Shown here in pieces: positions 42,390 through 51,571 of a stretch of DNA of 64,000 nt. The notes under the pieces were generated by a model. It ran no database searches and was not told the origin of the DNA. It was given only the letters and a program-made list of their open reading frames with translations. Source of the stretch: Promethearchaeota archaeon (lineage in GTDB: Archaea > Asgardarchaeota > Lokiarchaeia > Sigyniarchaeales > SOKP01); assembly GCA_016839585.1 (NCBI GenBank), contig JAEOTZ010000001.1, positions 3,076 through 67,075 of the forward strand. The letters run 5' to 3'. The stretch's first letter is position 1; the number at the start of each line of letters is the position of its first letter. The position numbers and the translations under genes were made by a program.

Positions 42390-43586
42390 TTATGACTCTA
42401 GATAATTAATTATCGAAGATATTATCTCAATTAAATCTAAATCAGAGGTAGAACTAAGTTGTTCTATTTTTAATCTTAATTTTCTAATAATAGGCAATTT
42501 ATCTTCTTCAATTTTAGTCGAATATAATAAATTCCTAAACATTTTTAGTGAATTTATATCTTTTTTATCTATTGCTTCACAAATCTCCGTAGAAATGCTC
42601 TCAAACTTTCCACATTTATATAAAATTAAAGCTATATCGTTTTTTTTATATCCCCTTTCATATAGCTTTTCGAAATTACTATAATTGATTTTTCTTATTA
42701 AACTTACAAGTTTAGGATTTAATACAATCATCCTGATAGTTCCTACAATTATTCTTATTATCTCATTATCTTTTCCTAAAATGTATTTATTTATAGTTTT
42801 AGCATAATCAGTTATTATATCAAGTTCATCTTCAAACATATCTTCTTTATATGAAATTTTCGCAAATTCATTGTGAATCTTATTTAACATTGGTATTAAA
42901 TTCATAGGAGATAATTGTGAATTCCTAATCATATCTAAATAATTAAAAATTAGTTCAAAATCGATTTTTTTCCTTTTTTGGGATCTTTCTTTCTCATTAA
43001 TATATAAATCTTCCTCTTCCTCTTCATCAATCATTCTAATGTAGTCACGTTCAATTATATTATTTGCACCTAATTTTTCATATCTTAGAGTGGCTTTTAA
43101 TTGAGCATAAATATTTCCTATTATACTTTCAACAGTTTTTTGTTCAGTTTCATCTAAATAACTATTATGAGCAATTTTATTTCTTAAATCATACAAATCT
43201 TCTAATTTTGATGTAATCCAAACTTCTTTAGGAAAATATTCTTTAAAGATTTCCCAATTGCTACTTATTATAGTTTTTAGATCTATTAAATCCGCGTAAA
43301 ATAGATCAGAATCCCCCCTTATAGATAACCATCTCTTAATTCTCTCTTCTTCTTTTCTATCATTAATTTTATCTTGAATTTTTTTATTCATATTTAGTTT
43401 TTTCCAATAATTTAAACCAAATTTAACCTTAGCTACATTTTCTATAAATAATCTGAAGAAATTCTCAAAAATGAAAAGATTATAATACGCCTCTACCATT
43501 TCTTTTCCTTTAAGGAAAATTTCAGTTGGTATTTCAATTTGAAACTTTTGTTTTAAATTCTTTTTTTTTATTAATTTTGGATTCAT
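42390..43586 (-). CDS. HEPN-domain protein (Swt1-like HEPN N-terminal domain plus unknown C-terminal half)
   Basis: FENFFRLFIENV helix and LRNKIAHN (R-x4-H) at about residue 155. Confidence 0.55.
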   Translation of the reverse strand: MNPKLIKKKNLKQKFQIEIPTEIFLKGKEMVEAYYNLFIFENFFRLFIENVAKVKFGLNYWKKLNMNKKIQDKINDRKEEERIKRWLSIRGDSDLFYADLIDLKTIISSNWEIFKEYFPKEVWITSKLEDLYDLRNKIAHNSYLDETEQKTVESIIGNIYAQLKATLRYEKLGANNIIERDYIRMIDEEEEEDLYINEKERSQKRKKIDFELIFNYLDMIRNSQLSPMNLIPMLNKIHNEFAKISYKEDMFEDELDIITDYAKTINKYILGKDNEIIRIIVGTIRMIVLNPKLVSLIRKINYSNFEKLYERGYKKNDIALILYKCGKFESISTEICEAIDKKDINSLKMFRNLLYSTKIEEDKLPIIRKLRLKIEQLSSTSDLDLIEIISSIINYLES

Positions 43587-43841
43587 AATTAGTTAATTCA
43601 AATTATAATTTTAAACAAATTGCTTTAAACAAATTGTAATGATTTATTAATGATTCATCAAAACTCAGTAACTTAATGCTTAATCCCATAATAATGTAAG
43701 TGTTTTATTAAGAGTAGTTTTTCCACACTTTGGACAATTTACATTATTAAATTTTTTTGTAAGATCCCAATCCATCATGCTAATATTTCTACTTCTACAA
43801 TCTGGACATGCATATTTTACTTATAAGAGGTTTCTTTTTTA

Positions 43842-44261
43842 TTAAAGATAATTAGTTATTTTATTATTAGTTTCTATGTCCTCTACATAGCGAAATGATT
43901 GTGGAGCATTAAAGTTGAGAAATATAGATTTAGGATCTATTGGGTTCTTGAAAAATTTTAGGTTAGAAATTTCTATAGCAAGTCCTTTTTCTTTTTGATT
44001 AAAATATTTGAAAAATTCAGCTTCACCAATCCCAGAAACATCCTTATATTTTTCCCATAATACCGTGGGGTGATCTTCGATAATGATATTTAATAAGAAT
44101 TTAGCTACGATTTTTTTCACTGGTGAGCTTGAATATATGTAAATCTTTTCAATTTTATCAAAATTCTTCTTATTACAAAATGATTTGCGAAACTCATATT
44201 TTTTTCTCCCTTTCTTTATTTCTTCTACATATTTCGGTTTAATTGAAAGTAAAACGTTCAT
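43842..44261 (-). CDS. ASCH (PUA-like) domain protein
   Basis: LSIKPKYVEEIKKGRKKYEFRK is the typical ASCH opening. Its own GGAGG SD lies 6 nt upstream, inside the preceding gene. The start overlaps the upstream stop by 23 nt. Confidence 0.6.
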   Translation of the reverse strand: MNVLLSIKPKYVEEIKKGRKKYEFRKSFCNKKNFDKIEKIYIYSSSPVKKIVAKFLLNIIIEDHPTVLWEKYKDVSGIGEAEFFKYFNQKEKGLAIEISNLKFFKNPIDPKSIFLNFNAPQSFRYVEDIETNNKITNYL

Positions 44262-45762
44262 TAATTCCTCCCTTTTCTTTAATAGATAAATACTTTTGAT
44301 GTTCTATCTCAGTAATCGATTGTGGACGTCCTTGAAGAATATTACTTTTTATCAATTCTTTATACGATATAGGATTTTTAAGATAGAAATGGTGGTTAAA
44401 TAATATTACTGTAATTGGCTTTTTTACTAATTTTTCTATTTCTGAAAGGGAATAAACTGTTCGCTTGCCAACTAAATTGAAAACATACTCTTTATTTGTT
44501 AGATCATATTCAACTTTCTCAACAACACCTAAAGAAACAAGTTCTTTCATATCTTTAGATCGATAGAAAAATACAATATCACCTGGAGCAATTTTTTTTG
44601 TTGAAGAATGAGTTAGATATGTTTTTCTTATCGTATTTCCTTCTATTAAAAATTCATTTAAAACTTCATTTATAGTTAGTTGTCCTCTTCTTGGAAAATC
44701 AGTAAACAAACGATTATGATATTTTGGTCTGATTGGAATTATGTGTTTTTTCACATTTTTCCCATCATAAAAATTAGGAAAATATATTTTTGAAATTTGA
44801 ACTGGTTCTATTGATTGGATCTCATCGTGGGAAATAAATAACTTTTTTACAAATACATCTTCAGGAATCTCAGACCATTCATGTTTAATGATTGCTTCTT
44901 TTTTAAAACCAAAATCTTCAATAAGAGCCACTAAAGGATCATTATCTTTGATAAAATGAGTTAGATATATCTCAGATCTATTATTTTTAAGGGCAAGGTT
45001 AATTGATAATTTAATGAATAACTCGCCAATTTTTTGACCAGTGTAAGAAACAACAATAGTAGCAATTTTTACTCTCTTCTTTTTTGGAAGTTTAGGTATA
45101 GATGCTATTTCCTCATTTTCAAATTTATAGATTAATACGGCTCCAAGCTTATTACCATTTCTATAATAAACCCAACAATTCCTACCATCTCTTGCTTTTT
45201 CATTAAACCAATCGTTAAATCTAGGATATTCTTCTCTCAAAATGTTAAAAATTGGGTCTAATACATTCAGACGAGACATTGATGTTGCTTTTAAAGCGTA
45301 TGGTCGTTTTATTTTTTCTTTAGGGATTTCTTTTTTAAAGAGACTAACCGCATCTAATATTGAGATAATTCTTTCAGAAAGGTCTAATTTTTTCGCTTTC
45401 TTATGTATTCCTATATCTTCTGTTACTAAGAAATTTACTGCATTATGATAAACAGCATATAAGAGATAATTATCTATTACATCATTAACATTTTTTGGCT
45501 TTCCTACAAGAGAAAGAAATTTTGAATTATCAGAAGGGTCGGGAAAATCTTCTAAAAGATTATAAGTCTTAAATTTCGAAAGCGTTATTTGTTTTCTCTT
45601 TTTATCTCGATCTCTATCAATATCTTCAATGGATTTTTGATGGAGGATGATTTTAATGTCTAATTGATTAAAAATTCTCATTAATATCTGTAGATCTTCA
45701 TCTATAATCTTGTTATCTTCTCTCCCAATAATGATATTTGTATCTAATAAAACTCTCATCAA
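44239..45762 (-). CDS. PIN - GNAT acetyltransferase - PUA-like (EVE/ASCH-like) three-domain fusion protein
   Basis: PIN: VLLDTNIII, DVIDNYLL, LVTEDIG. GNAT: IATIVVSYTGQKIGELFIKLSINLAL ... LIEDFGF. C-terminus: GDIVFFYRSKDMKELVSLGVVEKV, a PUA-like pattern. Confidence 0.6.
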   Translation of the reverse strand: MMRVLLDTNIIIGREDNKIIDEDLQILMRIFNQLDIKIILHQKSIEDIDRDRDKKRKQITLSKFKTYNLLEDFPDPSDNSKFLSLVGKPKNVNDVIDNYLLYAVYHNAVNFLVTEDIGIHKKAKKLDLSERIISILDAVSLFKKEIPKEKIKRPYALKATSMSRLNVLDPIFNILREEYPRFNDWFNEKARDGRNCWVYYRNGNKLGAVLIYKFENEEIASIPKLPKKKRVKIATIVVSYTGQKIGELFIKLSINLALKNNRSEIYLTHFIKDNDPLVALIEDFGFKKEAIIKHEWSEIPEDVFVKKLFISHDEIQSIEPVQISKIYFPNFYDGKNVKKHIIPIRPKYHNRLFTDFPRRGQLTINEVLNEFLIEGNTIRKTYLTHSSTKKIAPGDIVFFYRSKDMKELVSLGVVEKVEYDLTNKEYVFNLVGKRTVYSLSEIEKLVKKPITVILFNHHFYLKNPISYKELIKSNILQGRPQSITEIEHQKYLSIKEKGGINERFTFN

Positions 45763-46073
45763 ATACCCTTTTGACGTTTAAGATTTTTTCTTTTTAAATC
45801 AATTACTGAGCTTTTTTATTATATATTTAAATATGCGTTAAATTAATATTTAAATATTATGAGAATTTAATCAATTTTTTGAATTATTTAACGCAACTTG
45901 CCCAATGCTTACGACAAAAAAAGGATTTAACAAAATTAAGAAATAGTGGAGTATCATTTACAGAGGGATAATAAAGAAATCTCTATTTGTTAAAAAATAA
46001 GCCTATTAATTATTCCACTAGATTTAATTAAATTAAATGAAATTGAAAAAAAAAAAGGAATTAATTATTAATG

Positions 46074-46820
46074 TTAAAATTCTTTTCTTGGCTCATAATA
46101 TGTTTTCTCATAATCATAGTATTCAGAAATTTTATCCTTAAATCTAGGATATATTTCTATTAAATATTGGGTAAATTTTTGAAGATCTTCAGTAGAGGGG
46201 ACTTCTTCACGATTTATTATGTCATCTGCAAAGCGTTCTATTTTTTGAAGTAATCTTACATCATTATATTCAATAATTTTACAATAGTTTGTAAGCTCAA
46301 GGCTTTCTTTAAATTCATCAACAGAAGGATCAAGTATATCAGTTACATCAAAATAAAAACGTACTAATCTTTCATATACTTTATCCCAATATTCATAAAA
46401 TTGTTCAATCAACTGGGCATTTTTACCTAAATTCGTGAGAAATGGTTTTACAGGACGTTCGAATAATTTAGACAATAAGATTCTTGCTATAGAAGTATAG
46501 GCAAAAATTATGTCATACATAATTGGTTTCTTTTTTATTGAGTGATATACACCATTCCTTTTCGTATGAAATCTAGCAATATTATCAGTCATTTCTTTTG
46601 TTATATGTTGAGGTGCCTTCTCTCTAAAAATTTCAATTAATTTAGGGAATTTTATGAAATAATCAATATTGAGATATGTTCTTATGCAAAGTTCGACAGC
46701 ATTATCAATGTTAATCATAGCGATATGCAGATCAAATGGAGTCCCTTTTTCCATGTGGATTGTTCCATGTTTGATAAGTTTAATGATGTAATCAACGGGC
46801 TCGAAATCTGAATTACTCAT
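46074..46820 (-). CDS. HEPN-motif protein
   Basis: INIDNAVELCIRTYL helix and KRNGVYHS (R-x4-H). Confidence 0.45.
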   Translation of the reverse strand: MSNSDFEPVDYIIKLIKHGTIHMEKGTPFDLHIAMINIDNAVELCIRTYLNIDYFIKFPKLIEIFREKAPQHITKEMTDNIARFHTKRNGVYHSIKKKPIMYDIIFAYTSIARILLSKLFERPVKPFLTNLGKNAQLIEQFYEYWDKVYERLVRFYFDVTDILDPSVDEFKESLELTNYCKIIEYNDVRLLQKIERFADDIINREEVPSTEDLQKFTQYLIEIYPRFKDKISEYYDYEKTYYEPRKEF

Positions 46821-47101
46821 AATGAAAAAAATATCAAGTTTACTTCTTTCTTTACTTTATCTTTAAAAGGATTATTTATTTAAATTTTAACAATTTTTTT
46901 CATGTTATGCTGATGAGTCTTAGTTGAAGTAAAGTTAAATAAAAGCATATAAATTACATTTATTACATAATAATCAAAAAGAATTAAATAAATGAATGAT
47001 TTAAGGTCAAATACAGGGAAATATGGAAGATCTTAAATATATGGATTATTTATTTAAAGATAAGGTAAAATACAATTTATTAAAATCAAAAAGAGAAAAA
47101 A

Positions 47102-47662
47102 ATGGATAAAATATGGCAATTGCGATGGATGATTTCAATTATCTTGGTAATTATATCAATAATTATAGTTATATTCTCTGTATTTAATCTTTTCTTACTA
47201 TTGATAGTCCCTGTAATCTGGGCGCCTTCATTTTTTATTCTTGAGATGATGGTTATACCAAGATTCAAGGAGATTGAAGAGGAAGAGAAAAAAGGAGCTA
47301 TTGAACTTAAAAGATATGACCCTATAAAAAAAATCATAGAATTACTTGAAGAATATGAAGATCTAAAAGATGATGAAGTAAATGAAATTAAAACTACGCA
47401 AGAATTAGGCCAATTATTCCCTGAATTAATGTTAATAGGATTTGGGATGATTCGAGATACAATTAAAGATAATAATTATGAAATACATCTTACAAAAATT
47501 CCTTTTACAAAGCAATTTCTAATAAGACGTCTAAAATTAGGTAAGGAATTAGGACCTAAAGAAGTATATTATTCAAAAGGCTATTCCAGATTAGATTCAA
47601 ATGTTCAAGTATTAAACAATTTTATTGATTATCTTAAGGAAAGATTAGAGAAATTTCAGTAA
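47102..47662 (+). CDS. Membrane protein (two N-terminal TM helices) of unknown function
   Basis: ISIILVIISIIIVIFSVFNLFLLLIVPVIWAPSFFIL followed by a charged soluble domain. Confidence 0.4.
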   Translation: MDKIWQLRWMISIILVIISIIIVIFSVFNLFLLLIVPVIWAPSFFILEMMVIPRFKEIEEEEKKGAIELKRYDPIKKIIELLEEYEDLKDDEVNEIKTTQELGQLFPELMLIGFGMIRDTIKDNNYEIHLTKIPFTKQFLIRRLKLGKELGPKEVYYSKGYSRLDSNVQVLNNFIDYLKERLEKFQ

Positions 47663-48153
47663 ATTCAATGAAGCATAGGATATTGATATTATGCATTGCT
47701 TGATGATATAGCGGTTCTGCTTTGAATTGATTAAATCTTGCATCTATAAGTGTTATTTATCTTTAGAATTGTCAAATTAAATGTTAACTATTTTCCAAGA
47801 AGTTCTATTTTAACTATCTTATAAACATATGAGTTAAAATCTCTTTTCTTTTAAAATATTTTACAAAAATGTTCTTTTTACGACCATGGTTAATACCACA
47901 TTATTCAGTGCCATTATATTTGATACCCCATAAAAAATATTACTAAGATAAAAAAAAAATAAGGATTTATTTTTTAGTTAGAAAGTAAAGGATTTCATAC
48001 TATTCAAACTGAAAAGGGTACTTATATTACCTGACCAGATGACTAAATTTATTTAAAATCAAAAAAGTTACAATGAAACAAATAATAGGTAAAATACTTT
48101 AGAAAAATAATATTTATAGATTCTTTATAACATTCAATTGATATATAAAAAAT

Positions 48154-48624
48154 ATGAAAGAATGTTTTAGTATTTACATAGGTAACGATATGGATTGCTT
48201 TTGGGACGAAAGATATGGATGGTCTGTCGTGCATGCCTGCAAACACCCATGCCACTGTTACGCTGTAGGGTATAAGGGGAACCTACCCTCCACTCACCCG
48301 TCTTACTTAATATTTCGTCGAGAGTCCCATTTAGTTTTAAATTTAGTAGATATGGATCAACTGGATGACCGCTTTATGCGCCCTATCATAATGGCATTCT
48401 ATAGTTTCATGGATGAGATGGAAGGGCAAAAAATCCTAATACATTGTAATAGAGGTGAATCACGTGCACCGAGCCTAGCTATCCTCTATTTAGCAAAACG
48501 CAGAAAAAAGATCCCAGATGATTCTTTTGATGCTGCAAAACAATCTCTTAAAAAGATTTATCCTTTATATAATCCTGGACGAGGTTTTAATAAATATTTA
48601 CAGCAATATTGGGATTCTTTATAA
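48154..48624 (+). CDS. Cys-based protein phosphatase (dual-specificity/PTP-like, CX5R)
   Basis: HCNRGESRAPS is the HCX5R(S/T) P-loop. The gene is visibly GC-richer than its flanks. Confidence 0.65.
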   Translation: MKECFSIYIGNDMDCFWDERYGWSVVHACKHPCHCYAVGYKGNLPSTHPSYLIFRRESHLVLNLVDMDQLDDRFMRPIIMAFYSFMDEMEGQKILIHCNRGESRAPSLAILYLAKRRKKIPDDSFDAAKQSLKKIYPLYNPGRGFNKYLQQYWDSL

Positions 48625-48650
48625 AGTAAATACAATATAAATGATACTAT

Positions 48651-48674
48651 TTCCCTCCCCCGTGGTGCCCCCTC
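48651..48674. repeat. GC-rich 24-nt direct repeat, copy 1 (TTCCCTCCCCCGTGGTGCCCCCTC)
   Basis: Identical 24-mer at 49855-49878. Lies 45 nt 3' of the minus-strand gene 48719..49687 and 27 nt 3' of the plus-strand phosphatase gene. Confidence 0.9.
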
Positions 48675-48718
48675 ATGAAAAAGTAGTTTAAAAAATTTTA
48701 TATAATTTATATCATAAT

Positions 48719-49687
48719 TCACACCAATAGAGATTTGTAAATATAGCTCAGACTTTCTCGTATGATGGCATAGATTTTTTCTATATACTCAGTATTTATA
48801 TCTATACATTCTCCAATTCGAGATGGATCATATTCCAATTTCTTACATGATTTTTCGTTAATTATACCAGAATTATGAACAATAATATTTCGAATGTAAT
48901 TTGCTTCCCTTAACTCTCTCCAACTCTTAAAATCTCTTTTTAAATTAATATTAAATCTTGATATAATTCTTTTAGCGATTTTATCAATACTTTGATATCC
49001 CCACCAATCCACTTCATTATCGATCATTTTAATTAATAACTCTTCTCTTGTTTGAGAATCAATTATCTCCTTATTAGTAAGATTTTTTGAATTAGACCTT
49101 AGAAGTTCTGGTTTGTATTCATATATTTTCCTAAATAAATCTTTCAGACATGCTTCAAATAAGGAAAATTGATATACTAAAGTCATTTTAGCCAAATGAG
49201 TGATTCTTTTATGCAATTTATCCAAAAAATCGTTACAATTCCAATATATATATTCCCTTTGAGGTAATTTGAGAGTAGTTCTTCTACGTTCTTCATTCGA
49301 CTCAATGCCTTTTAATGATACTGAATAATCTCCTGCAATGATGAACTGATTAAATCCTTGAGATTTTGAATCTTCAATAAAATCCTCTACTTTTTTAAGA
49401 GTTTCTTCGTAACTTAGACAATCTTTGTCATTTTCTAAAATCTCAACAGGAATATATGAATCCCGTTGTCTTTTTTCATTACTTTGCATTGAAGTGAAAA
49501 ATTCCATTAATTCATTTAAATTAGAAGTTTTAGCTTTTTCTAACAATATTTTGTATTTTTCCTTATCTTTTTCTAATGAAATCCAAGCATTCCTTGAAGA
49601 TCTGAATGCATTCATCATATCGGTAAGATAATGGTTAATGATTATATTTAAATCATCCTTCAGAGAATCTCGCATAATCATAATCAC
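48719..49687 (-). CDS. HEPN-motif protein
   Basis: C-terminal domain with FSLFEACLKDLFRKI helix and IRNIIVHNSG (R-x4-H). Confidence 0.5.
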   Translation of the reverse strand: MIMIMRDSLKDDLNIIINHYLTDMMNAFRSSRNAWISLEKDKEKYKILLEKAKTSNLNELMEFFTSMQSNEKRQRDSYIPVEILENDKDCLSYEETLKKVEDFIEDSKSQGFNQFIIAGDYSVSLKGIESNEERRRTTLKLPQREYIYWNCNDFLDKLHKRITHLAKMTLVYQFSLFEACLKDLFRKIYEYKPELLRSNSKNLTNKEIIDSQTREELLIKMIDNEVDWWGYQSIDKIAKRIISRFNINLKRDFKSWRELREANYIRNIIVHNSGIINEKSCKKLEYDPSRIGECIDINTEYIEKIYAIIRESLSYIYKSLLV

Positions 49688-49854
49688 TTTTGGTATTGAT
49701 ATACAAGAGAGTTCCCATTCTATAAAAAGCTTTTGTCTTTTTATTTCACATCGAGATCCTATTCAAACTCATCTCGGAGTATTTTCTGTTACTGAGGATC
49801 TCTTTCCTTAAATGGTAGTTTTTCATTACCATTGTAGATGTAAAAAGTTTTACA

Positions 49855-49878
49855 TTCCCTCCCCCGTGGTGCCCCCTC
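49855..49878. repeat. GC-rich 24-nt direct repeat, copy 2
   Basis: Perfect match to 48651-48674. Lies 100 nt 3' of the minus-strand PIN gene and is preceded by an ATGTAAAA/TTTTACAT hairpin. Confidence 0.9.
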
Positions 49879-49977
49879 CTAAGTGCGAGGTGAACAATTA
49901 TTTTATTTCATAGTCTCTGGACTACTGGTTAAGATACTTCACAGCTTAACCTTCCTAATCAACGGCCTGGTAATAAC

Positions 49978-51276
49978 TTATTGAGAAATATTTATTATAA
50001 GCTTCTGATCTTTATTTACTCCCTCTTCATCGTGCTTAAATGAGCAGAAAAATTGTATTTTTTTCATTTTAAATTCTTCTGGAAACTTTATCATAATAGG
50101 ATATAAACCTAATGTAACATTATGTTGGATTTTTTTAATACTATATCCAAATACCCATATATCATTTTTCTCTTTTTCTATTTTTTCGGGAGAACTGTAT
50201 TTTACATTGTATTCTTTATGAGTAAATTGTGGTATAGTTAATGATGTGTATGGAAAAAAATCTCTCTCTATTTTTGGTTTTTCTGGTTTTTCAAGCTCTT
50301 CCTTGGATTTTAACTTAAAACCTTTTTCCAATATAGTAAATATTTCAATATTAACATTATTATATGGTTTATTGCCTTTATTTGTTAAAAATAATTCAAT
50401 TTCAATGTATTTCCTATGTTCATTCAATTCTTCATAATATTTTAAAACCTCTTCTTTAAAGTGTTTACGGCTTTTTAGATTAAATGATAATGGTGAAAGA
50501 AGTTTTGATGCGTTTGGTCCTAAACTATTAATCAAATCAGCAACAGTTAACCCTTTTTCTTCTGCTTCTTTAATTGTCATATTTTCAGATATTCCTGATT
50601 TTTCATTATCTTTTAAAGCTATTATCTCTTTTTCTTCCTCTTTCATTAAGTCTGGGAACGCTGGAAATTCCTCAGCAATGAATTCATCCAGGCTAAGCTC
50701 ATTCTCAGTAGATAATTCATACTTGTTATCTTTATTTTTAAAAAGTAGTTTTAAATCAGTTAATTTGCTTTTTCTTGCTGGTTGTGTTTCACTTGGTTTG
50801 AAAATTGTTTTATATTCCTCATCTAACCAAAAAATAGTATTAATTCCTAAAGCATCAGCTTGAAAGTAAGGCGTGTTATCTCCTGTTACAAAATATACTT
50901 CATCATCAGGATTGTTTTCTTTAAAGACGAGGATTTCAGCTATAATCTTGCAGTCAGATTCATTTTCATCTAATATTTCTACCCATTCAGGTTTTAAAGA
51001 ACTCCATTTTGTTGGAAAAAATGAAATATTTAAAGTAATACCTTCTTTAAATTCGACATCCTTTAATTCTCTTAATTTATTCTGTATGTTTCTGGCTTTT
51101 TTTTCGTATCTTTTTAAATTGTCCAACTCCTTATTAACCATATATGATACTACAATTACAATTTTATTATCATCCTGAGTTTCCTCAAATAAATTTCTCC
51201 AATCTATTTCTGTAAAGGTTTTACAGTGCAAAAAAACATTTGTATCAAGAAAAATATATTTAGTCATAATCATCAC
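49978..51276 (-). CDS. PIN-domain protein with long unknown C-terminal region
   Basis: YIFLDTNVFLH, NKELDN, DCKIIAEIL and YFVTGDN (the four acidic positions of PIN), followed by about 270 aa that were not recognised. Confidence 0.55.
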   Translation of the reverse strand: MMIMTKYIFLDTNVFLHCKTFTEIDWRNLFEETQDDNKIVIVVSYMVNKELDNLKRYEKKARNIQNKLRELKDVEFKEGITLNISFFPTKWSSLKPEWVEILDENESDCKIIAEILVFKENNPDDEVYFVTGDNTPYFQADALGINTIFWLDEEYKTIFKPSETQPARKSKLTDLKLLFKNKDNKYELSTENELSLDEFIAEEFPAFPDLMKEEEKEIIALKDNEKSGISENMTIKEAEEKGLTVADLINSLGPNASKLLSPLSFNLKSRKHFKEEVLKYYEELNEHRKYIEIELFLTNKGNKPYNNVNIEIFTILEKGFKLKSKEELEKPEKPKIERDFFPYTSLTIPQFTHKEYNVKYSSPEKIEKEKNDIWVFGYSIKKIQHNVTLGLYPIMIKFPEEFKMKKIQFFCSFKHDEEGVNKDQKLIINISQ

Positions 51277-51279
51277 TCT

Positions 51280-51432
51280 TTACTTAATTGTATATAGTCT
51301 CGATAGTCTTAAAACTTTTAATACAATAACAGAAAGATTTAATCCTGACAACTCAATATTTTTTATAATTTCTTCAAACAAATGTAAGGCTTCTTCTAAA
51401 TTTTTTTTACTCGGAGGTATATATCTATACAT
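51280..51432 (-). CDS. Small 50-aa ORF immediately upstream of the PIN gene (antitoxin-position candidate)
   Basis: Hand translation: MYRYIPPSKKNLEEALHLFEEIIKNIELSGLNLSVIVLKVLRLSRLYTIK. The stop lies 3 nt before the PIN GTG/ATG start. It is below the track's length cut-off. Confidence 0.3.
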   Translation of the reverse strand: MYRYIPPSKKNLEEALHLFEEIIKNIELSGLNLSVIVLKVLRLSRLYTIK

Positions 51433-51571
51433 TTTTATAATCCTAACTACTAATCTTCTTATTTTGTTTTTGCTTTACCCTGTAATAAACAAAACAGAAA
51501 TATATGCTTTTCCCCATTCTCTCTAAAAATTTGTGTCTCCTTCTTATGATCTTTGCTGTAAATGGGAATTT

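Noticed and set aside
43680-43820. A 46-codon zinc-ribbon-like reading frame (YACPDCRSRNI...NCPKCGKT) on the minus strand, between the ASCH gene and the HEPN gene
   Set aside because: The frame is bounded upstream by TAA and has no ATG, GTG or TTG before the first CxxC. Although it shares the ASCH gene's frame, three stop codons separate them. It may be a gene remnant but is not reportable as a CDS.
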